64,000 nt of DNA from Thermoanaerobaculia bacterium (GCA_963664405.1 OY761158.1:5184001-5248000); one strand, 5' to 3'. Numbered from the stretch's first letter, positions 20,922 through 31,201 are shown. Notes: generated by a model not told the origin, from the sequence alone. Made by a program: numbers and translations.

Positions 20922-21727
20922 GGCATTGTCAAGTTAGGGTCGGAGGCACGAGGCTTGGCCCGGCAACGCTGGTCGGCTCCGGGTTCAGCAGACACAGGTC
21001 GTCCGCCGCCAGACGCCGAAGGAGTGGTCACGCAGCGTACGATGGTTGGCGGAGCTGACGAGGTGCCGGCCAACTCGGAACAGGTTGAGGACGAGGCCAT
21101 GAACCGAGAGGAAGCGCTGCGCTTGACCGGGCGACTTGAACCGGCGCATCTGTCGTTCCCGCTGCCGGGTCGGCTGGTGCGAGACTTCCGCTCGGTTGTT
21201 GGCGTACTGCCTCGTATCGTGGACGACCGAAGGCATCGTGGTGCGATGAGCGGCTCCGTAGCTCTTCAGCTTGTCGGTGACCAGGCGCAGCGGCTCTGCA
21301 CATTGGCCCTTCAATAGCTTGCGGAAGAAGCGTTCTGCTGCACGCCGGTTCCGACGGGACTGGACGAGGATGTCGAGCACGTCGCCGTCCTGGTCGACCG
21401 CCCGCCACAGATACTGCCGTTTGCCCTGGATGGTTACGAAGAGCTCGTCGAGGTGCCACGTGTCACCAAGACGACCTTGCCGACGCTTCAGCTTGCGGGC
21501 GTACTCGGTGCCGAACTTCCGACACCACTGGCGGATGGACTCGTATGAGACGGTCACTCCGCGCTCGGCCAGGAGATCCTCGACGTCGCGGAAGCTCAAG
21601 GCGAAGCGGTGGTAGAGCCAGACGGCGTGACTGATAATCTCGGAAGGATAGCGGTGGCGGCGGTAGCTGACTGCGATCGTGTCCATAGCACCGAGTCTGC
21701 CAGGCATGGCGTTAACCTGACAGTGCC
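20922..21727 (-). mobile_element. IS6-family insertion sequence (806 bp)
   Basis: Terminal inverted repeats GGCATTGTCAAGTTA (20922) and GGCACTGTCAGGTTA (reverse, ending 21727), 13/15 identical; no flanking direct repeat. Confidence 0.92.
20985..21686 (-). CDS. IS6-family DDE transposase
   Basis: YRRHRYPSEII, WHLDE, YLWRAVDQDG, VTDKLKSY and NNRAEVSHQPTR. Confidence 0.95.
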   Translation of the reverse strand: MDTIAVSYRRHRYPSEIISHAVWLYHRFALSFRDVEDLLAERGVTVSYESIRQWCRKFGTEYARKLKRRQGRLGDTWHLDELFVTIQGKRQYLWRAVDQDGDVLDILVQSRRNRRAAERFFRKLLKGQCAEPLRLVTDKLKSYGAAHRTTMPSVVHDTRQYANNRAEVSHQPTRQRERQMRRFKSPGQAQRFLSVHGLVLNLFRVGRHLVSSANHRTLRDHSFGVWRRTTCVC

Positions 21728-21821
21728 CACCCCACGATGGCAGAGGGGGCGGCACCGGGAAGGGGGCGGAGATGATCGGGGCTAGCTTCCCCCAGGGGTC
21801 GCACGGGTCGAGCCTTGCGGC

Positions 21822-22460
21822 TCAGAACCGCCCTCCCAGCCGCTCGACGAGGGAGCGGAGGATCTCGACGAAGAGATCGGCCGTCTCTTCGGCGCTGAGG
21901 AAGCCAGCTTCCATCTGGCCGAGGAGTCCTTGGAATCCGCCGTACTGGAAAGCGGCGAGGGCCTGGGCGTTCTTCGGGGACAGGCCGTTGACCCCGACGA
22001 AGTAGTCGGCCCACATGTCCATGATGCGATGGCGCCGGCGCTGATTACCAGCCTCCAACGAGCGGTTGAGCTGCCTCAGAGGCCAGTGTCCGTAGACCAG
22101 CTCCATGTGCGCCAGGCGCCGCTCCTGCAGCCCCGCGAAGTAGGTCCTCACCCACTCCCGGAGGGCGGCCTCGAGATCGTTCGGGTGGGCCCGAATCGTG
22201 GCCGCGACGCTGGTGCAGACCTCCTCATAAAGCCTGTCGGCCAGTTGCCAGGTGAGCTCGTCGACGTTCGGGAAGTGCTCGTACACGAGCTGGCGGCTGA
22301 CGCCGGCGAGGCGGGCGAGGCGGATGACGCTCAGGTTCTCCCAGCCCTCTTCCTGCACCAGCGCGAGACCGTGCTCTAAGAGCGAGCGCTTCCTCTCACC
22401 CGCAGGCAAGTAGCGGCGCTTGGAGGGCTTCGCGCGAGGGGTGGTGCTCAGATTGCGCAT
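21822..22460 (-). CDS. TetR/AcrR-family transcriptional regulator
   Basis: HTH LARLAGVSRQLVYEHF; divergent from the TonB receptor gene. Confidence 0.88.
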   Translation of the reverse strand: MRNLSTTPRAKPSKRRYLPAGERKRSLLEHGLALVQEEGWENLSVIRLARLAGVSRQLVYEHFPNVDELTWQLADRLYEEVCTSVAATIRAHPNDLEAALREWVRTYFAGLQERRLAHMELVYGHWPLRQLNRSLEAGNQRRRHRIMDMWADYFVGVNGLSPKNAQALAAFQYGGFQGLLGQMEAGFLSAEETADLFVEILRSLVERLGGRF

Positions 22461-22529
22461 GCCGCTGACAGCCGGCCACGCGGTTCGAGGCAAAGCCGGA
22501 TCTCCAAGCGAGTGCATACTAATTCAAAA

Positions 22530-22673
22530 TGGAACAGACGTCCAAAAGGTTCGGTCAGCCACCCGTGCGCGCAAGCGCACTCTTCCACCGGAAGGTATAT
22601 GGACCAGTCTGTCTATTTTTGGTAGCTTGTCGTGGTTACGAATGTCTCGACAGCAGAGTAGATTTTGTCCACT
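22530..22673. promoter_or_regulatory. Imperfect palindromes, candidate TetR operators
   Basis: TGGAACAGACGTCCA (22530), TGGACCAGTCTGTCTA (22600) and AGTAGATTTTGTCCACT (about 22657) in the AT-richer divergent gap. Confidence 0.45.
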
Positions 22674-22699
22674 GGTCGATCTTCCACGAGGATTCCGAG

Positions 22700-25405
22700 A
22701 TGCGTGCTCCGTTAACCCTGCTCGCCTGCAGCCTGCTCTTAGCCGTTAGTGCCCTCGCCGACGCTCCCCAGACCGGTACGGTCGAGGGTGTCGTCACCGA
22801 CCCGTCGGGAACACCCATCCCTAGTGTCGTGGTCAGCTTGGAGAGTGATCGCGGCACTCAAACCGCCGTCACCGATGCCGAGGGAAAGTACCGCATCGGA
22901 CTGCTGCTGCCCGGCGCCTACACCGTCCAGGCCAAGATGGAGGGCATGCAGTCGCAGCAGGCCTCGGTACGCCTCGAGGCCGGCACGCGGTCGAGGACAG
23001 ACCTAGAGCTCGCCGCCTCCACCGACGAGACCATCACCGTCACCTCTGAGGCGCCGCTGATCGACAGGTACGAGGCCAGTGCCGCTTCCACCCTCGAGGC
23101 CGAGGTGGCCGAAAACTTGACCTTCGGGAAGCGCAACTACCAGTCGGCCGTCTTGATGCTCCCCGGCGTGACGAGCGACGCCCGCTCCGCGGCCCTCGGC
23201 GACCACACGCCCACCATCAACGGTGGCCTGTGGGCCGAAAGCGCGGGCTTCGTCGACGGCGTCGACACCAGCTTCAACCGCCGCGGCGGCAGCTCCAGGC
23301 TCTTCCTCCCCACCACCGCTATCAGCGAGGTGCGTCTGGTGTCCGCGGGAGCGCCAGCGGAGTACGGTCGGGTCATCGGCGGCGTGACCAATGCCGTGAT
23401 CAAGACCGGAACCAACAGCTTGAAGGGCAACCTGCTCTACATCGCGCAGCGCCAGACCTGGCGCGCCCAGTCGGACGCCGTGCCTCTGGACCGCTCTAGC
23501 GACAACGTCAACAGCTACGAGATCGCCATCGGCGGACCGATCGCCCGTGACAAGGCATGGTTCTTCGTCGCTGGTGGCGAGACCAACTCGAACGAAGTCG
23601 ACGCTTTCGCCGGGGGCGACATCCTCGACAATAGCCTCCGCGGCGAGCCGATCGTCGGCAAGTTCAACTACCAGCCCACCGCCAGCCACCAGCTCTCAGC
23701 CCTCTACGCCGACGGCAGCGTGCAGAAGGTCTTCTGGGCCTCGAACGCCGCCGACCAGTACACCCCGCTTGACTTCGATCTCACCGAGATCCTCATGCAG
23801 GGGGCCTGGAACTGGTCGATCTCGTCGAACACTTTCCTCGAGCTGAAGGTAGCCGACTACGAGTCGGAGATCCTCCGCAATGAGTTCAACCCTAGGACCC
23901 CCGACCCCAACGCTGCTCCCGACTCTCCCGCCGCCACTGCCGGCGCCTACTGGGACCTCAACAACCGCCTCAAATACAACGCCATCTACGTCGGCGCCGG
24001 CACCGGCTACAACGCCTTTCCCCGCAAACAGGGCAATGCGGCCCTGAGCTTGTTCAAGGGCAACCACGAGCTCAAGATCGGGGCCGACTTCCAGGACATC
24101 GAGTTCGAGAGTTTCAACACCCCACCCGACCGTTACGAGGGACGGGGCTACAACGAGAACCTCCCGGGTGGCTTCGCTCAGCCGACCCGGCTCCGGGTCT
24201 TCATTCCACCGGAGGCGCCGGTGGTGAGCACTAGCGAAAACCTGGCCGTGTTCGCCCAGGACCGCATCACCGTCGGCGACCACTGGACCTTCAATCTCGG
24301 GCTGCGCATGGACGCGCAGGACCACGCCAACGATGTCGGTGAGCCAGCCACCTCGCCCACCGACGTGGTGCCACGCCTGGCCGCCATTTACGACCGGAGC
24401 GGGGACGGCAAGACTCTGCTGAAGGCGACCGCCGGTCGCACCTATCAGCTTATCGGCACCCACATCGTCAACGCCTTCTTTTCGCGCTTGCCGAACGGCG
24501 CCAACGCCTTCACCCAGTTCGCTTACGACCCCGCGACCCAGCGCTATGACCTTTTCCAATTCACCCAGATTCCCTCCAACGCTACCCCGATCCAACCCTT
24601 CGACGCCTATTACAAGGATGAGGTGTCCTTCGCCATCGAGCGCCAGCTCGGCCAGCTGTGGGCCTTCGAGGCCAGGGCCATCTACTGGGATCTCGGCGAC
24701 ATGTACTGGGGCAACGAGCAGTTCGACACCAACGGCATTCCCTTCGATGCCATCAACAACTACGACGAGGGCAAGCGCGACTACACCGCGCTGCAGCTCG
24801 AGCTCGGCCGTCGCTACCGGGGCAATTGGACCCTGCGTATGAACTACACCCTCTCCGAAGCCGAGGGTAACGCCGTCGGAAACGTGACAAACAACGACAC
24901 CACGGACCTCGATACCTTCCTCGAGGGCAGCGGGGGAATCAACGTGGTCACCGGCCGGACCGACACCACCGAGGTCAACCGCTTCGGCCCGACCTCGTCC
25001 GACCGCACCCACAACCTCAACCTCATGGCCTTGAAGAACTGGGAGTTGGGCAGTCACACCCTCGGTCTCGGCGTGACCGGAACGTTCCGCTCCGGTCGCC
25101 CGTGGGCCCGCATCGCCCGGGCCACGGTCGCTCACCCGGTGAGCGGACAGCGGATCCTCACCGAGGCCTACCTCGAGCCCCGGGGAAGCCAGGAGCTCGA
25201 AGATACCCTGAACCTCAACTTGACCGGGACCTGGCGTTTCCCCCTCGGCCAGCGCGTCGAGGGCCAGGTGCGGGGCGAGCTGGCGAATATCACCGACGAG
25301 CAGGAACAGATCATCGTCAATCCCTTCAACGCCCGGCCCTTCCCGGGACGGGTCTCCTACCAGATCCCGAGGGAGTTCCGTTTGATCGTCGGAGTTAATT
25401 TCTAG
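22700..25405 (+). CDS. TonB-dependent receptor (Oar-like, carboxypeptidase-regulatory-like N-terminal domain)
   Basis: Signal peptide, TGTVEGVVTDPSG, ETITVT, PAEYGR..GG..N..KTGTN and C-terminal Phe. Confidence 0.92.
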   Translation: MRAPLTLLACSLLLAVSALADAPQTGTVEGVVTDPSGTPIPSVVVSLESDRGTQTAVTDAEGKYRIGLLLPGAYTVQAKMEGMQSQQASVRLEAGTRSRTDLELAASTDETITVTSEAPLIDRYEASAASTLEAEVAENLTFGKRNYQSAVLMLPGVTSDARSAALGDHTPTINGGLWAESAGFVDGVDTSFNRRGGSSRLFLPTTAISEVRLVSAGAPAEYGRVIGGVTNAVIKTGTNSLKGNLLYIAQRQTWRAQSDAVPLDRSSDNVNSYEIAIGGPIARDKAWFFVAGGETNSNEVDAFAGGDILDNSLRGEPIVGKFNYQPTASHQLSALYADGSVQKVFWASNAADQYTPLDFDLTEILMQGAWNWSISSNTFLELKVADYESEILRNEFNPRTPDPNAAPDSPAATAGAYWDLNNRLKYNAIYVGAGTGYNAFPRKQGNAALSLFKGNHELKIGADFQDIEFESFNTPPDRYEGRGYNENLPGGFAQPTRLRVFIPPEAPVVSTSENLAVFAQDRITVGDHWTFNLGLRMDAQDHANDVGEPATSPTDVVPRLAAIYDRSGDGKTLLKATAGRTYQLIGTHIVNAFFSRLPNGANAFTQFAYDPATQRYDLFQFTQIPSNATPIQPFDAYYKDEVSFAIERQLGQLWAFEARAIYWDLGDMYWGNEQFDTNGIPFDAINNYDEGKRDYTALQLELGRRYRGNWTLRMNYTLSEAEGNAVGNVTNNDTTDLDTFLEGSGGINVVTGRTDTTEVNRFGPTSSDRTHNLNLMALKNWELGSHTLGLGVTGTFRSGRPWARIARATVAHPVSGQRILTEAYLEPRGSQELEDTLNLNLTGTWRFPLGQRVEGQVRGELANITDEQEQIIVNPFNARPFPGRVSYQIPREFRLIVGVNF

Positions 25406-25957
25406 ATCCGTACGACCTCAGAGTCTCCGAAGCCGGGAGCCCGCCGTCGGCGGTGGTCCATCTGCCGACGTACCAGTACAAGACGATGCTTTCGCCGAGG
25501 TGCCCCGGGTGGTTACGGAATTGAGGACGATCGGCGTGCGAACTCCACCCGGGCAAGCCCCTCCGCGCGCGATACGGTGGCGCCGACGATCTCGCCTCCG
25601 GCTCGTAGTTGCGCCTCCGCGATCGCCCGATCCTCGTCGCGAAACCCGTAGCTGCGGAGCATTCCGGGCTCGAGGATGCGGCCGCAGCGGGGAGAATCAG
25701 GTAGAGGGTGACGACAATGCCCCCCTCCGCGCCTCTCGAGTCAGGCCGAGGTGCTCACTCCCGGGGCGAGACATCAGGCGACGCGAGGGCGTCGCAGTCG
25801 CGCCGTACGACGCAGGCGTCGACGAACCCGAGCAGGTCGTCGAGCACGCGGGAGAACCATGCCCTGCTCCGAGGCTTGTGCGCCACTCGCCGGCGTGCTA
25901 GATTCCGACGAATTAGACATCTGTAAGAAACGTGCGCGAGTGGACGCCTATCCAACC

Positions 25958-26100
25958 CCCGATCGACTTCCCGCGCTTCTAGACCTTCACCTCCCGGCTC
26001 CTCGACGAGGGGGGTGCTGATCTGGCGGGACCGCCGCTTCCATATCTGCGGCGCCCTCACCGAGGAAGACGTCGCCGCGACCCTGGCGCGGGGCTGGCGG
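25958..26100 (+). pseudogene. C-terminal remnant of a class III (GSAM-like) aminotransferase
   Basis: PIDFPRF*TFTSRLLDEG (frameshift in a G run) VLIWRDRRFHICGALTEEDVAATL. Confidence 0.55.
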
Positions 26101-26115
26101 TGCTGGAGGACGAAA

Positions 26116-27927
26116 ATGAAGACGACACTTTCCGCCTTTCTGTTGCTCACCCTATTGCCTGCGATGGCGCTGGTCGCCGACGACGACCTCGGCATCTTGC
26201 GTCCCGACCAGGCTACTCGCGAGCTCGGATACCTGCCCATGGACGACGGCATCGAGCTCGCCTACGTGGTGTGGAGGCCGCGGCAAGAGGGTCGCTTCCC
26301 GGTGCTGCTGAGCAATTCGCCCTACCTGGGCGGAGGCATCGACCTCGAGAATCATGAGGAGTTCAGCAGCGCCGCCCTGGAATACCTGCGCCACGGCTAC
26401 GCCTTTGTCGGGGTGAGCATCCGCGGCACCGGCTGTTCCGAGGGGGGCTTCGACCTGCTCTCGGAGCGCAACGCTCGCGACGGCGCCGCCGCGGTTGAGT
26501 GGGCGGGGTCTCAGTCCTGGAGCACTGGTGCCGTTGGCCTGGTCGGCAACTCCTACGAAGGCATCACCCAGTATCCGGTGGCCGCGCGCCATCCCCGCTA
26601 CCTGAAGGCGATGGCGGCCGGCGCCTCCGTCGGCGACGCCTATCTCGATGCAGCCTACCCGGGTGGAATCTTCAACTCGAGCTTCTTCGCCTTCTGGGCC
26701 TACGACGTGCAGCCGATGGCGGCGGCCTGGGGAGCGTCGTCGCGGGTGGAGGCTGGCGACGACCGCTGCACGGCGATCCGGGCCAAGCAACCAGGCAACG
26801 GGGTGTTCAGGGCTACCCGCACCCACCCCCACCGAGACGCCTGGTGGCAGGCGCGGGACCTGACGGCGATGGCAACGGCGATCGAGGTGCCGGTCTTCAT
26901 CGCCCAGGCCTGGCAGGACCAGCAGGTCGCGGTACGTGGCGCGACCCGGCTCTTCGAGTCGTTGAAGACCCCGAAGAAGATGATTCTGGGCAACGGCGAT
27001 CACGGCTTCTACGGCTTGCCGACAGTGATGGCCGAGCGCCTGCGCTGGTACGACCACTGGCTCAAGGGTGAGGACACCGGCGTCGACGGCGATGCGCCGG
27101 TCTCGGTCTGGTTCGAGCATCGGCCAGTCGACGGCGAGTGGCGGGCTGGCTGGACGCGGGATTTCGATGACTGGCCGCCACCGGAGTCGGAGCCCCGTAC
27201 GCTTCACCTCACCGCCGAAGGCCGCCTGCGTCGGGCAGCCGCCAGCACCGGGAAGGCGAGCGGGGAGCGTCACTACATCTACCCCGCGGGCTCGGAGCTC
27301 ATCGGGTCGGCGGCGGAGTTCGCCATCGCTCCGGCCTCTTTCGGGTCTCTCAGTTATCGTAGCGAGCCGGCGGCGACCGACATCACGATCCTGGGCTCTC
27401 CGGAGCTCGTTCTCTACCTGTCGAGTGAGCGCTCGGACACAGACCTGATGGTCGCGCTCCACGACATCGACCGCGACGGGCGCGTCCAGTACCTGCAGCG
27501 GGGGTTCCTGCGCGCCTCTCACGCGGCAAAGCTGGTGACGGCTGAGGGTGGCGACGCCGGAGTCGAGCGCAACCATCAGCGGCCGGCGCCGCTACGGCCC
27601 GAGTCGGTGTACGAGCTCCGCGTCGAGCTCCAGCCCCTTGGCCACGTGCTGCGCCCGGGACACGCCCTCGAGTTGGTCGTGCTCGCTCCCAACCCGCTGC
27701 CGCAACCGAACTGGGGTCTGGCCGCGGTGATGCTCCCCGGACGCAACACGGTCTACCACTCCGAGCAGCACCCGTCACGGCTCCTGGTCCCTGTGCTCCC
27801 GGGAGCCGGAGCGGAAGCCGCGGCACCGGAGTGCGGGTCACTGCCGATGCAGCCCTGCCGCGCACCGGCGCCGGAGAGCTCGGAGCAGCCCGGGCCGCCA
27901 GCGCTCTCGACTCGAAGGAAAGTTTAG
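26116..27927 (+). CDS. Secreted CocE/NonD-family serine hydrolase
   Basis: GGAGG RBS, signal peptide, SIRGTGCSEG, nucleophile elbow GNSYEG, WYDHWLKG and a C-terminal jelly-roll domain. Confidence 0.92.
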   Translation: MKTTLSAFLLLTLLPAMALVADDDLGILRPDQATRELGYLPMDDGIELAYVVWRPRQEGRFPVLLSNSPYLGGGIDLENHEEFSSAALEYLRHGYAFVGVSIRGTGCSEGGFDLLSERNARDGAAAVEWAGSQSWSTGAVGLVGNSYEGITQYPVAARHPRYLKAMAAGASVGDAYLDAAYPGGIFNSSFFAFWAYDVQPMAAAWGASSRVEAGDDRCTAIRAKQPGNGVFRATRTHPHRDAWWQARDLTAMATAIEVPVFIAQAWQDQQVAVRGATRLFESLKTPKKMILGNGDHGFYGLPTVMAERLRWYDHWLKGEDTGVDGDAPVSVWFEHRPVDGEWRAGWTRDFDDWPPPESEPRTLHLTAEGRLRRAAASTGKASGERHYIYPAGSELIGSAAEFAIAPASFGSLSYRSEPAATDITILGSPELVLYLSSERSDTDLMVALHDIDRDGRVQYLQRGFLRASHAAKLVTAEGGDAGVERNHQRPAPLRPESVYELRVELQPLGHVLRPGHALELVVLAPNPLPQPNWGLAAVMLPGRNTVYHSEQHPSRLLVPVLPGAGAEAAAPECGSLPMQPCRAPAPESSEQPGPPALSTRRKV

Positions 27928-27929
27928 CG

Positions 27930-28192
27930 ATGGCCCAAGCGATCGTTCTCAACGGCGAAGACCTCAGCGTCACCGACGTGTGGCGGGTGGCCGCAGAAGG
28001 TGCTGCCGTAACCCTCGACGAGTCTTGCCGGGAGCGGGTCGACGCCTCACGGCGGGTGCTCGAGGACCTGGTGGCCCGAGATCAGGTGGTCTACGGAGTC
28101 ACCACCGGGGTGGGACCGCTGTGCGACCGGCTGCTGCCCCGCGAAGACGCCGAGGCCCTGCAGCACAATCTGGTGCGCGCGCTCTCCGCCGG
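27930..28192 (+). pseudogene. Aromatic amino-acid (His/Phe/Tyr) ammonia-lyase, N-terminal fragment
   Basis: IVLNGEDLSV..VVYGVTTGVG..LQHNLVRALSAG, then homology ends after about 88 aa. Confidence 0.85.
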
Positions 28193-28250
28193 GCGATGCC
28201 GGTCCCGCCACCGGTCACGATCGTAGTCCTCCCCTCAAGTCGACTCGATC
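28193..28250 (-). pseudogene. Short-chain dehydrogenase N-terminal fragment
   Basis: GGAGGAG RBS then SRLEGRTTIVTGGGTGIA (TGxxxGI motif); start codon damaged. Confidence 0.6.
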
Positions 28251-28292
28251 TCGCTCCTCCCTGTTGAGAGCTACGGGAAATCTCCCTTCCGA

Positions 28293-29771
28293 TCAACCGG
28301 CCGCGTTGATCTCGCGGGCCGCGCGGTCGCCCGACTCCAGGGCACCCTGCATCCAGCCGGGACGGGTCGAGGCGTGCTCGCCGGCGAAGTGGATGCGCCC
28401 CTCGGGTCGCGAGATGTGAGGGCGGATCGAATACATCTGGCCCGGCTTGAAGTAGATGTAGCCGCCGCGCGCCCAGGGGTCGTCGTCCCATACCCAGGTG
28501 GTGCCGACTTCGAAGTGCTCGCGCACATCGGGGTAGAGCTTCGAGGCGTCGTCGAGGGTCGACGCGATACGCTCGGGCTCGCTCAGCTCGGCGGCGCGTC
28601 GGGCCCCGACACCCGAGCGGAACGACTCGAGAATGCCGCGGGGCCCCGGCTGCGCCACGGTGCGGTCGCCGAGACCGCGCATCGGCAGGTCGGTGAGAGC
28701 AGAGCCGTCGAATCCCTGCGCGAGCCAGAACCGCTCGCGGCTCTGCAGGTAGACCCGCGTTACAGAGGTGGTCGGCAGCTCGTCGATGGCGCGCTGCTTT
28801 TCCGGGCTGAAGCCGGGCGATACGTCGATGCGACGCAGCACCGAAAAGGGCACTGCACACACCAGGCGGTCGGCGGCGAGGGTCGTGGGCGACCCGGCCT
28901 GCTCGTAGACCACGCGCACGCCCCTATCGTCGTGCTCGATGCGGGTGACCGGGGCGCCGTAGCGGATGTCTCCGGCGAGGCGGGTGGCGAAGGCCTCGGG
29001 CAGCAGGTCGTTGCCACCGCGGATCGTGAACACCTCCTTCGTGGCCGCCTCGTCGACGAGCTGGCTGAGCATGTTCAGCGCTGAGTAGCTCTCGGCGCCG
29101 TCGCCCAGATTGTCCTGGAAGCCGAGGCTGAGGAGCTCGACGGCGGCGGCCGATGCACCCTGCTCGCGCAGCAAGTCGGCGAGCGAGAGACGATCGTACT
29201 TTTCAAGCGAGGCCGACGGCCAATCAGGAGTCTCGGGATCGCCCATCTCCTCGACTAGGGGACCGAGGTAGCGGTCCATCATCCCGTCCCGCCCCAGCCG
29301 TCTCTCCTCGGGGGTCAGGTCGAGAGGCCAGTTGGTGGGCTCGCCCCGCTTCACCTCGAGGCGGCGCCCCCGGACCCAGGCGCGGGAGTCCAGCTTCGAG
29401 GGCACAACCTTATCGAGCTCGAGGCCGAAGAGCTCGACGTAGTGCATCGTCCAAGCGTGCCGGTCGTGGATGAAGATGCCGCCCGCCTCGGCGTAGAGCC
29501 CGTCGGAGAACGGCGCGCGCAGAGTGTGGACGCGCCCGCCGGCCCGTCCCTGCGCCTCGAGGACCGTGACCTCGTGCCCGGCCTGGACCAGCTCCCAGGC
29601 CGCCGACAGACCGGCTAGTCCGGCGCCCACGACGATGATCTTTCGGCGCGGTCCCTGGCGCTCGACTCCCGGCTGACCTCCGGCGCGCATCGCGCGCGGC
29701 GCCACCGACAACGCACCCGCCGCCAGCAGGGTCCGTCCGAGAAAGTCTCCCCGGCCGATATGTGAGCTCAT
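28293..29771 (-). CDS. Flavin monoamine oxidase/L-amino acid oxidase family protein with Tat-like leader
   Basis: IIVVGAGLAGL, RAGGRVHT, AEAGG and IHFAGEH..GWMQGALESG; leader GRGDFL. Confidence 0.92.
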   Translation of the reverse strand: MSSHIGRGDFLGRTLLAAGALSVAPRAMRAGGQPGVERQGPRRKIIVVGAGLAGLSAAWELVQAGHEVTVLEAQGRAGGRVHTLRAPFSDGLYAEAGGIFIHDRHAWTMHYVELFGLELDKVVPSKLDSRAWVRGRRLEVKRGEPTNWPLDLTPEERRLGRDGMMDRYLGPLVEEMGDPETPDWPSASLEKYDRLSLADLLREQGASAAAVELLSLGFQDNLGDGAESYSALNMLSQLVDEAATKEVFTIRGGNDLLPEAFATRLAGDIRYGAPVTRIEHDDRGVRVVYEQAGSPTTLAADRLVCAVPFSVLRRIDVSPGFSPEKQRAIDELPTTSVTRVYLQSRERFWLAQGFDGSALTDLPMRGLGDRTVAQPGPRGILESFRSGVGARRAAELSEPERIASTLDDASKLYPDVREHFEVGTTWVWDDDPWARGGYIYFKPGQMYSIRPHISRPEGRIHFAGEHASTRPGWMQGALESGDRAAREINAAG

Positions 29772-29842
29772 CTCGCGTCTCTCCTTCTCGTATGCGCCGC
29801 GGCAGCGATTGACCGCGCCGCCGATGGTGGAGCGGGGCTGAG

Positions 29843-31201
29843 TCACTCGGCCGAGTGCCGCTCCAGCAGCTTCTCCATCCAGTCGAGGGCGTCGGCGACG
29901 TTCGGACCACCAGCGAGAACGCCGTGCCCCGAGCAGGGAATCTCGACGATCTGCGCTTCCGGACACTCGCCAATCGACGTCGGCGCGTCTGCCGCGCAAG
30001 CCCGGGTCGTACCGCCGCACTTCTCGTAGTTCACCGAGGCCCCGCCCGGATTATGCTCATCGATCGCACGCGCGATCGGCCCGTCGAGGTGCTCCTGCGC
30101 GAAGGCGATGTCGCCGCAGGTGATGATGTTGTCGCGGCTATTCCAGGCATGGAAGATCGGCGTCGTGATGGTGCCGTCTTCGATCGCCTCCGACAGAGAG
30201 AACTCGAGAAAATTGATCGTATCGAGGCCCCGCGTCGTGTCCTGCAGCGGATGATCGCACTGAACCCAGGTCTGCTTGTTTTCCCCGACGACAACGTGGC
30301 GCAGGCCGTTTACCACACCCTCGTCCTTGACCCGGCCGTAGGCCGCGACCTGGGCCGGTCCGCTGTCTACGATCGCACCCAAAAGATCGATGTCGGGCCT
30401 GTCTTTTTGCAGATCCCTGGCGATCACCGCAGCACCAAGGCCTCCGGCCGAGGTGCCTCCGACGACGAGAACGTCGATGCCGTGGTGCTGGTCGACGTAG
30501 TCGAGCGCCCGGATCACAGCCTCGTAGCCGTAGCGCACGCCATCCATTCCGCGCTCCCCCCGACCGTAGTAAGCGTCGCGCGAGCAGTAGCTCGGGAAGA
30601 GGATGCCCCACTCCGGGAACCGGTCCCGTAACTGGCTGAGGAAGCGACTGGGATTACCGGCCTGCGACGGCACCTCCTCGAGAGGCTCGAAGGTGAAGCT
30701 GGTGTAGGCGTGCTTCCGGGTCCACCACTGGGTCGAGAGCAGCGCGAAGTTGAAATGGACGCCGGGCCCGCGGATCTCGCCCCACGAGACACCGTAGAGG
30801 TCGGGGGTAACTTGATCGAGGGGGACAGTGGTGTCGACCCAGCCGAAGCCGCCGCCTCGGAGGTACAAGAAAACGGGCAAGGAGCCGCCGGAGTAGTCCT
30901 TCGGCAGCGCGAAGACGAACTCGTGATTACCCCAATCCCCGTTGACAAAGCGCTCATCGTGCTCGTCGATGCCGGTGAACTGGATGTTGGGCTGGAAGCA
31001 GCGCAAGCCCGGCAGCTCCACCGTCTCGACCTTCCGCCCATCGTCGAGGGTGAAGGTGTCGACGACGAGGAAGGAGCCCTCGGTCGAAGGCGTGACGGGG
31101 GCGAAGTCGGCCGCCTGCGAGTGGCTGCTGAAAATGAGAAAAGCCGCCATCGTCGCGCCCGCGATCGCGCGGAGAGGCAGGTTCATCTGGGAATCGGACA
31201 T
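29843..31201 (-). CDS. Secreted pectinacetylesterase/Notum-like alpha/beta hydrolase
   Basis: Signal peptide, YLRGGG oxyanion loop, YCSRDAYYG and GTSAGG nucleophile; AAGGAG RBS. Confidence 0.7.
   Translation of the reverse strand: MSDSQMNLPLRAIAGATMAAFLIFSSHSQAADFAPVTPSTEGSFLVVDTFTLDDGRKVETVELPGLRCFQPNIQFTGIDEHDERFVNGDWGNHEFVFALPKDYSGGSLPVFLYLRGGGFGWVDTTVPLDQVTPDLYGVSWGEIRGPGVHFNFALLSTQWWTRKHAYTSFTFEPLEEVPSQAGNPSRFLSQLRDRFPEWGILFPSYCSRDAYYGRGERGMDGVRYGYEAVIRALDYVDQHHGIDVLVVGGTSAGGLGAAVIARDLQKDRPDIDLLGAIVDSGPAQVAAYGRVKDEGVVNGLRHVVVGENKQTWVQCDHPLQDTTRGLDTINFLEFSLSEAIEDGTITTPIFHAWNSRDNIITCGDIAFAQEHLDGPIARAIDEHNPGGASVNYEKCGGTTRACAADAPTSIGECPEAQIVEIPCSGHGVLAGGPNVADALDWMEKLLERHSAE

Noticed and set aside
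25755-25860. GFVDACVV as a PIN/VapC toxin remnant
   Set aside because: Too short, with no other PIN motifs and no antitoxin gene.
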